This document shows, piece by piece, positions 1 through 8,778 of a DNA stretch of 64,000 nt. Below the pieces are notes generated by a model. It was given only the letters and a program-made list of their open reading frames with translations, was not told where the DNA came from and did not search any database. Numbering within the stretch: position 1 is the stretch's first letter; every line of letters begins with the position of its first letter. A program made the translations under genes and the position numbers. This DNA is from Flectonema sp. DT1601 (taxonomy: Eukaryota): contig OZ025795.1 of NCBI GenBank assembly GCA_964019425.1, forward strand, positions 1,240,001 to 1,304,000. The letters run 5' to 3'.

Positions 1-2283
1 TTTTTCTTTCCTCCCCAAAAAAAAAAAATATTTTTATTTGATTGCAAAGCAACGATAACTTATTTGAATTGAGTCTTCTGTTTGCTGTGAGTTACCCTCC
101 TGGAGCACTTATAATATAGAGCAACAGAGATGTTTTAATAACTAAACCACACTAAGTCACTAGTTACACAACTCAATACAGTAACATGCTAAGAATATGG
201 AAAGAGTAAAGCTTTGAATACTTTCTGAGAGGCGGGCTGGGTGAAATCCAACCATTATTTGTTTGTTGTCCTACAATTTTTTGCATTTGATTTTCTTAGA
301 TGACTGATTACTATTAGTACTATGCAGGGGTGCCAGGCGCCGAGGGAAGCGTTTTTTATATTATGACAACACGGAAAAAGAGATGTTTATGCAGCTACGT
401 TAGAAACATTTATTATAAAGTAAAGTCTTCTACGTCATCTGCGGAGTGTTTGCCAATACTAACATTACCCTTTAGTAAACATGGATCATAACTAACGTTT
501 TATTTATTGTTAACTCTGGTACAATACAGATATTTAGTTCTTCATAAATATACTCAAAACATTCAACCCATCTTTTCTTTTCTGTTTGGTCAGGGAAATT
601 AATAATTATAACTTGTGAGATCTGCTGGATCTGTCCGCAGCATTGGAGAAGTTAAAACACTTCCAGGAAGTGTTAGTTCTGCTGTGTCGAAAGTTAATCT
701 GTTTTGTACACAGTGAATAAAGGAAGGTCTGTGAAGAGGGTTTCCGGTACAAAGCCACGCACTTGTACTATTTATACAAATATTATTATATTATATTAAT
801 GACCAAACTATCACCTTCATTTCTAAGGATACCTTCTTATTATCACAGCCTTGTAGTTGATTGCAACAACAACTCTTCTCGATCACTTTGTAATTAGAAC
901 ATCACTTTATTTAGTCAATATTGCTTTCTTTGTAAGAATCTAATAACATGGAGCATCCTTGTAGTATTCGATAACCAGACATTAGACAAATCAGGGATCG
1001 TATTTATAATTGTTTCCTCCCGCTTGGCGTTGAAACATTTCCACTTTTTTGCAGCCGTTTCAACACTTGTGAATAACACCTTCTTCTCCTTCAGGAAACT
1101 ACTCAAAACAACAATGCAGGTTTTTGTGACGTGTCCGGATTTGGGATTCCCCGCAGTGTCAGTCACGACTGGTGTTGATTCCCTTGTGAGCGAAGTGTTG
1201 ACGGCGGCGGCTGGGGAGTGGGATGTGGATCCGAACTGTCGTTCGCTGGTGACACGCTTTGCGAAAGTGAGCGACTAGCAGATTGTGGAGTGGTTGGAGA
1301 GAGCGAGTTGGAGATGTGGAAGAAGCGGTTTCGTATATTCAGTAAATGCTGGTTTGTTGATGATTCAAAACGGGAGAAGCTGCTTCGTTGGCTAAGAGAA
1401 CACAATGAGGAATACTTATGCCTTGACACCACAACATTCACAGAGGATGGTTGCCTCAGTATTAAGGGTGATTTGCTTCCTTCTGATGCCGAACGGATTT
1501 CTTTCCGCAATTCAAATCCCGACATCTCAGCCATCTCACAAGTTGTCACTATTGGAAATCGTTTCTTGTATCTTTGTTCACAAATCACTTCTCTTGATCT
1601 TTCAGGTCTTAGTAGTGTCACCACCATTGGAGATGGTTTCTTGCGTGGCTGTTCACAAATCACTTCTGTTGATCTTTCAGGTCTTAGTAGTGTCACCACC
1701 ATTGGAAATGCTTTCTTGCGTGGCTGTTCACAAATCACTTCTCTTGATCTTTCAGGTCTTTGTAGTGTCACCACTATTGGACATAGTTTCTTGTCTCATT
1801 GTTCACAAATCACTTCTCTTGACCTTTTACGTCTTAGTAGTGTCACCACTATTGGAAGTTTTTTCTTGTCTTCCTGCTCGCAAATCACTTCTCTTGATCT
1901 TTCACGTCTTAGTAGTGCCACCACTATTGGAGATGCATTCTTGTGTCACTGTTCACAAATCACTTCTCTTGATCTTTCAGGTCTTAGTAGTGTCACCACC
2001 ATTGGAGATGCTTTCTTGTCTTCCTGCTCGCAAATCACTTCTCTTGATCTTTCTGGTCTTAGTAGTGTCACCACCATTGGAAATGTTTTCTTATATCACT
2101 GTTCACAAATCACTTCTCTTGATCTTTCAAGTCTTAGTAGTGTCACCACTATTGGAAATAGTTTCTTGTCTCATTGTTCACAACAATATCACTGTTCACA
2201 AGTCACTTCTCTTGACCTCTCAGGTCTTGGTAGTGTTACCGCTGTTGGAAGTTTTTTCTTGTCTTCCTGTTTACAAATTACTT

Positions 2284-2356
2284 GGGTAACGAAACTCGGA
2301 CAGCGCGCCTCCTCGTGGTGTTGCCTGGATGCACCTTGTGTGTAACTAGAGTGCTG
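2284..2356 (+). ncRNA. HDV-like self-cleaving ribozyme at the element 5' end (copy 1)
   Basis: P1 GGGUAAC/GUUGCCU (G1-U wobble), P2 CAGCGC/GUGCUG, P3 GCC/GGU, L3 UCCUCGU, P1.1 CC/GG, P4 UGCAC/GUGUA, and J4/2 ACUAGA with candidate catalytic C2346. Confidence 0.85.
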
Positions 2357-2989
2357 ACGTATTGTTGTTGTTGCTGTGTATTCTTTTACCCCCGTTTTAT
2401 TTTCCGGTAGCCTAACCTTTAAAAAAAAAGGACAACATAGCAGAAGGTCAGGTGATCCGGCCCGGGATACTCAGGCACCCAGAGCTCACAGGGGCCACCG
2501 GGTTTTTATTTTTTCCTTAGTGGCATGATTTCCCTTTAACCCCATTTCCTTCAAACTTCCCCCGTTTAGTCTTTTCACGCATGGGGGGATTATAAGTTCA
2601 GGTCGCCTGAAATGTATTATGTTGTGTATCAGCCCCGCGAGTTACTCGGGGAGCTCCCATGCAATGTGTGGAGAAAGAGGCCATCCCTCCCCCTACCTCT
2701 CTGCTTTACTACGTCGTTTTTTGTGTGTGGCATTTCTTTTCTTATATTCTTTTCTTTTCAATCTTGTTCCTTCACACGCAGTTGTTCGAGCGGTTGTGAA
2801 CCACCTTGGGTCTCTTACGGTCTCCAAGCTACTGTTGTGCGAAGAAACAAATCTGTTGGTGCGGTGGCCTTCCGACGCCACCTGGACCGCAACTCGTTCA
2901 CAGTGCCCTACCCGGTTCTCCACCGGACCGCCTGAGCGACGGGATCCATGGGATTCAAACCCCTAAACACTGGTTAATTTTTTTTTTTT
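2284..2989 (+). mobile_element. Family A non-autonomous retroelement (SINE-like), copy 1
   Basis: Near-identical to 3544-4194 and 4290-4982. Flanked by the direct repeat ttcctgtttacaaattactt (2264-2283 and 2990-3009). 3' T run at 2978-2991. No long ORF. Confidence 0.9.
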
Positions 2990-3543
2990 TTCCTGTTTAC
3001 AAATTACTTCTCTTGACCTCTCAGGTCTTAGTAGTGTCACCACTATAGGAAATTATTTCTTGTTTAAGTGTACACAAATCACTTCTGTTGACCTTTCAGA
3101 TCTTAGTAGTGTGATTAAAATAGGCGATAGGTTCCTTGCTAATTGCAATGCACTTGAATCTGTTCAGCTGCCTGTAAATAATGGCGCTCTCTTTGAGGAG
3201 TCTGTGGAAGCAGCGATTAATCATTAAGTTTTGTTTTGTTAATTTTTTATTTAGCTTTCTTTCAATTTACGAGTTTTCTTATTATTTTTCATTCTTTCTA
3301 AAGTGTGTTGTATTTTTGTTTTGTTTGTGCTCTCGCTGCTGTGAAAGCTTAGGAATACTGAAGAATACTTATGCCTTGACACCACAACATTCACAGAGGA
3401 TGGTTGCCTCAGTATTAAGGGTGATTTGCTTTCTTCTGATGCCGAACGGATTTCTTTCCGCAATTCAAATTCCGACATCTCAGCCATCTCACAAGTTGTC
3501 ACTATTGGAAATCGTTTCTTGTCTAGCTGTTCACAAATCACTT

Positions 3544-3616
3544 GGGTAACGAAACTCGGACAGCGCGCCTCCTCGTGGTGTTGCCTGGATGCACCTTGTG
3601 TGTAACTAGAGTGCTG
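3544..3616 (+). ncRNA. HDV-like ribozyme (copy 2)
   Basis: Identical to 2284-2356. Confidence 0.85.
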
Positions 3617-4194
3617 AGGTAGCCTAACCTTTAAAAAAAAAAAAAAGGACAACATAGCAGAAGGTCAGGTGATCCGGCCCGGGATACTCAGGCACCCAGA
3701 GCTCACAGGGGCCACCGGGTTTTTATTTTTTCCTTAGTGGCATGATTTCCCTTTAACCCCATTTCCCTCAAACTTCCCCCGTTTAGTCTTTTCACGCATG
3801 GGGGGATTATAAGTTCAGGTCGCCTGAAATGTATTAACAGTATCAGCCCGCGAGTTACTCGGGGAGCTCCCATGCAATGTGTGGAGAAAGAGGCCATCCT
3901 TCCCCCTACCTCTCTGCTTTACTACGTCGTTTTTTGTGTGTGGCATTTCTTTTCTTATATTCTTTTCTTTTCAATCTTGTTCCTTCACACGCAGTTGTTC
4001 GAGCGGTTGTGAACCACCTTGGGTCTCTTACGGTCTCCAAGCTACTGTTGTGCGAAGAAACAAATCTGTTGGTGCGGTGGCCTTCCGACGCCACCTGGAC
4101 CGCAACTCGTTCACAGTGCCCTACCCGGTTCTCCACCGGACCGCCTGAGCGACGGGATCCATGGGATTCAAACCCCTAAACACTGGTTAATTTT
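3544..4194 (+). mobile_element. Family A retroelement, copy 2 (internal ~48-bp deletion just after the ribozyme)
   Basis: Same termini (gggtaacgaaac ... aacactggttaa + T run) and same insertion point in the LRR unit. Left and right flanks come from different repeat variants. Confidence 0.9.
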
Positions 4195-4289
4195 TTCCTG
4201 CTCGCAAATCACTTCTCTTGATCTTTCAGGTCTTGGTAGCGTCACCACCATAGGAGATTATTTCTCGTCTTCCTGTTCACAAATTACTT

Positions 4290-4362
4290 GGGTAACGAAA
4301 CTCGGATAGCGCGCCTCCTCGTGGTGTTGCCTGGATGCACCTTGTGTGTAATTAGAGTGCTG
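4290..4362 (+). ncRNA. HDV-like ribozyme (copy 3), candidate catalytic C changed to U
   Basis: Same fold as copy 1. The first P2 pair C-G becomes U-G, and J4/2 reads AUUAGA (T4352). Confidence 0.75.
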
Positions 4363-4982
4363 ACGTATTGTTGTTGCTGTGTATTCTTTTACCCCCGTTT
4401 TATTTTCCGGTAGCCTAACCTTTAAAAAAAAAAAGGACAACATAGCAGAAGGTCAGGTGATCCGGCCCGGGATACTCAGGCACCCAGAGCTCACAGGGGC
4501 CACCGGGTTTTTATTTTTTCCTTAGTGGCATGATTTCCCTTTACCCCCATTTCCTTCAAACTTCCCCCGTTTAGTCTTTTCACGCATGGGGGGATTATAA
4601 GTTCAGGTCGCCTGAAATGTATTAACAGTATCAGCCCGCGAGTTACTCGGGGAGCTCCCATGCAATGTGTGGAGAAAGAGGCCATCCTTCCCCCTACCTC
4701 TCTGCTTTACTACGTCGTTTTTTGTGTGTGGCATTTCTTTTTTTATATTCTTTTCTTTTCAATCTTGTTCCTTCACACGCAGTTGTTCGAGCGGTTGTGA
4801 ACCACCTTGGGTCTCTTACGGTCTCCAAGCCACTGTTGTGCGAAGAAACAAATCTGTTGGTGCGGTGGCCTTCCGACGCCACCTGGACCGCAACTCGTTC
4901 ACAGTGCCCTACCCGGTTCTCCACCGGACCGCCTGAGCGACGGGATCCATGGGATTCAAACCCCTAAACACTGGTTAATTTT
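4290..4982 (+). mobile_element. Family A retroelement, copy 3
   Basis: Direct repeat ttcctgttcacaaattactt at 4270-4289 and 4983-5002. T run at 4979-4984. Confidence 0.9.
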
Positions 4983-5319
4983 TTCCTGTTCACAAATTAC
5001 TTCTCTTGACCTTTCTGGTCTTAGTAGTGTCACCACTACTGGACAACGTTTCTTATATCACTGTTCACAAATCACTTCTGTTGACCTCTCAGGTCTTAGT
5101 AGTGTGATTAAAATAGGCAATAGGTTCCTTGGTAATTGCAATGCACTTGAATCTGTTCAGCTGCCTGTAAATAATGGCGCTCTCTTTGAGGAGTCTGTGG
5201 AAGCAGCGATTAATCATTAAGTTTTGTTTTGTTAATTTTTTAATTTTCTTTCTTTCAATTTGAGTTTTTTTTTCTTTCTTTCTTAATTCTTCTAAAGTGT
5301 GTAATTTATAAAGTTGAGA

Positions 5320-5640
5320 ACCTATTTTCTAGTGGTAAAATTTTCGGGTAAGCCCACAGTACAATCATAATGCTTTAGACAACTGGGGGGTGAACGAACC
5401 TCGGTACCGTTCCGCGGAGGTTTTCTATTATCTTTCATGGTAGGAGGGCATCTGGCACATATGGTCGTGTTATGGAGAGTAGAAGGATGCTTGATATGGA
5501 ATAAGAATGGTTTTTAATCTCTTTTCACCTTTCCTCCATATTTAATCATTGTATCAATTTACAATCAGGTAGGTTGTAACGGACTACAGAACATGGGACG
5601 CATCAGTCTGATAGTGTGGTCCCCGAATTTCCAGATTCGA
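5320..5640 (-). mobile_element. Decayed fragment of a restriction-like endonuclease (RLE) non-LTR retrotransposon ORF
   Basis: The minus strand, across stops and frameshifts, reads TDASHVL (zinc-knuckle end) ... N*YN (decayed RHN) ... RPYVPDALL ... HYDCTV. A related copy lies at 6130-6330. Confidence 0.55.
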
Positions 5641-6330
5641 CAACACCTTCTGATCAATAAGACAAAATTTTCTTTCCCCCTTTTTATGTTTTCTTTTTCT
5701 AAACGTACCTTTTATTTGATTAACAACTACAAATATTCTTTCAGTCAAGTTGATATTCATTTTGTTTTTAATATCTAAAGTTGTTACTGTTTTTTCATGT
5801 CAAAGTTTAACCCCCTCTTAGGTGTTTGTTTGCTATTGTTAAGTTTTGAAGACGTTTTAATTATTAATTTACATATTGTCATAGACGAGGTCTCCATACG
5901 ACTGGTCGGACTCCAAGCTTTCTGAATTACTTTCTCGGTTAAGGCGCCTCCTGCAGTGAAATCCCCTCGCAAGATTTTTATTGTCCTTTCCAAGACCCTT
6001 CAAAAGAAGAATTCCGGCGCAGTTATGACCTTAAACTGACTGTCATCTTACCTGATCCTTTTGGTTTTTATTTCTTGCTGAGTGATATGGCTATGTGCTG
6101 CCTAATTTTTTGTGGTACATTTCTAAAGCTTTTCGGTAAGCCCGCAGTACAATTGTAATGCTTTGGACAACTGGGGGTGAACGATCCTCGGTACTGTTCC
6201 GGGGTTTTCTATTTTCTTTCGTGGAGTGTGGGCATATGGCACATATGGTCGTATTATAAAGAAAGATGTATATGAAAGAAAGAAGATTTTTTATATTTTT
6301 CACCTTTCCCCCACTCCCAGGTCATTTCTC
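5640..6330 (-). mobile_element. Second decayed RLE-element fragment with putative 3' UTR
   Basis: 6130-6330 is homologous to 5340-5540. 5640-5820 is homologous to 46360-46525. Confidence 0.45.
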
Positions 6331-6493
6331 TTTTATTTTCTTTAGTTGTTTACAACCTGTTAGCCTCTGGGCAAGGTGGAGGCTGGAAGTCGATCACTTC
6401 CAGCCAATACTATGAAACTACAATCTTCGCGATTGGGTCCTTACTGATGCGGGCTACCCAGACCCCTCGTAGTCACCAGTTTGTATTTTGCTA
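6229..6493 (+). repeat. Dispersed repeat containing the family B structured module; followed by an A-rich run
   Basis: Near-identical to 7129-7392. The core 6415-6493 recurs at 7631-7710. Perfect hairpin ggctggaagt/acttccagcc at 6381-6405. Confidence 0.85.
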
Positions 6494-6532
6494 AAAAAAA
6501 GAAGAAAAAAAAAAAAATCCCATTGCGAGGTT

Positions 6533-6689
6533 CTTCACGAATCACTTCTCTTGATCTTTCTGGTCTTAGTAGTGTGATTAATTTTGGAGAGAACGTCCTT
6601 GTTGATTGCAATGCACTTAAATCTGTTCAGCTGCCTGTAAATAATGGAGCTCTCTTTGAAGAGTTTATGAAAGCAGTGATTATCATTAA
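6533..6689 (+). pseudogene. Isolated last LRR unit + C-terminal cap of the LRR gene family
   Basis: Encodes SRITSLDLSGLSSVINFG...CNALKSVQLPVNNGALFEE. Confidence 0.8.
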
Positions 6690-7128
6690 TTTGCCAGTCA
6701 ACTGTTTCACAACTGATGTTTATTTATTGTTAACTCTAGTACAATCTTTATTTATTTCTCGGTCATTATTAATACGAAAACCAACAGTGTAGCAGGATGG
6801 CTGCTTGTCCCTACCTAAGAAATGTTCATTTTTATTTTTTTATAAAGATTGTTTATTTCTTGACGAGACTATAGGCGAAACCTACACTCTGCCGTATTAC
6901 ATTATACCCTGGTTTTGGTTTCCCAGGGCTCACGATTAATTCGTAATTGAATAACTCGATTCCGTACTGCATGACAACACGGAATGATAAGTTAGAAACA
7001 TTAATTATAATGTAGAGCAAGTACGTCATTTGCAGAGTGTTAGCCTGTATTAACATTTTTAGTCACTGTGTCATGAGTTTTTTTAATTTTATTATTGAGC
7101 TTTGATACAATACGGAGATTTATATTCA

Positions 7129-7416
7129 TGGGCATATGGCACATGTGGTCGTATTATAAAGAAAGATGTATATGAAAGAAAGAAGATTTTTTATTTTTTT
7201 CACTTTCCCCCACTCCCAGATCATTTCTCTTTTATTTTCTTTTGTTGTTTACAACCTGTTAGCCTCTGGGCAAGGTGGAGGCTGGAAGTCGATCACTTCC
7301 AGCCAATACTATGAAACTACAATCTTCGCGATTGGGTCCTTACTGATGCGGGCTACCCAGACCCCTCGTAGTCATCAGTTTGTATTTTGCTAACTAAACT
7401 AAACTAAACTAAACTA
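7129..7416 (+). repeat. Family B copy 2 with (ACTAA)n tail
   Basis: Matches 6229-6493. Tail is taactaaactaaactaaactaaacta. Confidence 0.85.
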
Positions 7417-7630
7417 TATTCGTGTGAAAACAGTCTTTCCCCCGCCGGTGTCCCGCCGAACCGAATTGGGCCTGGCACAACCCCTACGCAGAAGTAATCT
7501 GCACCCTTTCATGGTGTAGTTAGTTCTTTGTTGGATACAATTCTGGTGTTTGTCTTTACCTTCAATCTTAACATATACTTATTTCTCAGGTGCATAAAGT
7601 GATGGAAAGCGAATTACTACCGAAGCTATA

Positions 7631-7717
7631 AAACTACAATCTTTGCGATTGGGTCCTTACTGATGTGGGCTACTTAGACCCCTCGTAGTCATCAGTTCTG
7701 TATTTTGCTAACTAAAA
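7631..7717 (+). repeat. Family B core, copy 3
   Basis: aaactacaatc...gattgggtccttactgatg...cgtagtcatcag...tattttgctaactaaa. Confidence 0.8.
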
Positions 7718-8157
7718 CGCGGGCTCGCTTAGGTCTAGCGGTGGCTCTGCTCTTGTGCGAAATTACTGCACCCTTGTGCCGAAAGATACGTCTTCGTACG
7801 TCAGGCGGTCCCCCGAGACTCGGAAACTTCTATAGAATTGAGCATGAGTGGAAACCTTTTTATTTTTTTATTATTCATCTCCCCCATAAACATAACTCAG
7901 CCCCACTCATTGTTAGTATCCTGCGTTCACTGATATTTATATAAGGGGACTGTGTTAAATGGTAAAAGAAATAACCATGTTGACTGTGGTCCCTTGGCTG
8001 AGAAGGGCAAACGCGTTGAGTAGGACAGGCCTGACACCGCAGTGTCCCCCTTGCTTTCTTCGCTGGAGAGGGCTAGGTAAGGGAAATGGTCCGGAGAAAG
8101 ATTTTTTAATTTTAGCCCGAAACCCAACCATTATTTATACAGTAACATACTAAGAAA

Positions 8158-8778
8158 ATGGAAAGAGTAAAACTCTACGAATCCAATGAAGAGAGGGAGA
8201 GATATGATGACACTGCTGACTTATTTAGTATAATAGTTGCCCTTGAAAGGGTTGATCGTGCATACATACGAGATCATATCGCTGCTGATGAATATACTCA
8301 ACTATGCCAGTCTCTGTTGTGTAAGTGTAAGGCTTCATATTCAAATCTAGGAATTGGAATTGAGGGACTGGATTCTTTCATGGCAGAGTACCAGCTCTCA
8401 CATGGAGCAAAATCAGCTGTATTAGCCAGAATAAGAAGCGGTGTACCCATGACTAAGGAACATGGAACTGGAGAAATATCTTCTGAAAATGGTCGATTGA
8501 TCTTAGAAGCAGGTCAGCACATGATTGCTTGTACAGATGCGTTAAAAATGGGTCACAATTCAGCTGATATATTACATCCTATTTTATCGGATATAGTCTC
8601 AACTGTTGTCAGATTATTTCCGAATCTCCCGGAATTAGAATCACTTCGAACCTGGCTCAGAGATATTAATCAGCTTAAAGCTGCTGAAGAATTAGACACC
8701 AACCAAACACGTCAACTTCAATTTGATATTGAATGTGCTTATGGAGCACTTCATAAAAAGCTTTCCGATCCAAACTAA
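8158..8778 (+). CDS. VPS28: ESCRT-I subunit Vps28
   Basis: 206 aa. VKLYESNEERERYDDTADLFSII...AYIRD...EY, and the C-terminal RQLQFDIECAY. Confidence 0.92.
   Translation: MERVKLYESNEERERYDDTADLFSIIVALERVDRAYIRDHIAADEYTQLCQSLLCKCKASYSNLGIGIEGLDSFMAEYQLSHGAKSAVLARIRSGVPMTKEHGTGEISSENGRLILEAGQHMIACTDALKMGHNSADILHPILSDIVSTVVRLFPNLPELESLRTWLRDINQLKAAEELDTNQTRQLQFDIECAYGALHKKLSDPN

Larger units (their letters stand above)
1114..3227 (+). pseudogene. Ubiquitin-like + BspA-type LRR gene, disrupted copy
   Basis: Same ATG and N-terminus (MQVFVTCPDLGF) as 40403. A 10-bp deletion near 1233 shifts the frame. About 12 75-bp LRR units are interrupted by the insertion at 2284-2989. The C-terminus ...SVEAAINH* ends at 3227. 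Confidence 0.9.
538..3350 (+). repeat. Segmental duplicate of the LRR gene unit at 39827-43030 (upstream region + gene + 3' flank)
   Basis: 538-1560 is nearly identical to 39827-40860, apart from a 10-bp deletion. 3100-3350 is nearly identical to 42780-43030. Both units end at gtgaaagctt. Confidence 0.95.
3360..5220 (+). pseudogene. Second, 5'-truncated LRR gene copy carrying two family A insertions
   Basis: Starts at the EEYLCLDTT-coding segment. LRR units lie at 3527-3543, 4195-4289 and 4983-5135. The C-terminus ...SVEAAINH* ends at 5220. Confidence 0.85.

Noticed and set aside
2286..2781. Family A as a GT-AG intron (GTAACG donor to cacgcag acceptor)
   Set aside because: This splice leads to a stop within six codons and leaves about 200 nt of element. 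Precise non-canonical removal cannot be excluded without RNA data.
2950..2964. tRNA T-arm / Pol III B-box-like gggattcaaaccc near the element 3' end
   Set aside because: It mismatches the GGTTCRA consensus, and there is no A box or cloverleaf.
2612..3048. Short ORFs (76-137 aa) inside family A copies, including frames running into downstream LRR
   Set aside because: Most rely on non-ATG starts and show no RT, endonuclease or transposase motifs. They recur only because the element is repeated.
7311..7392. Hammerhead ribozyme in family B
   Set aside because: GAAAC...GUC is on the plus strand but CUGAUGA is only on the minus strand, so the core cannot be assembled on one strand.
7717..8130. 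GC-rich hairpin-forming segments upstream of VPS28
   Set aside because: I could not fit a tRNA, ribozyme or snRNA model, and there is no second copy in the window. They may be further element fragments.
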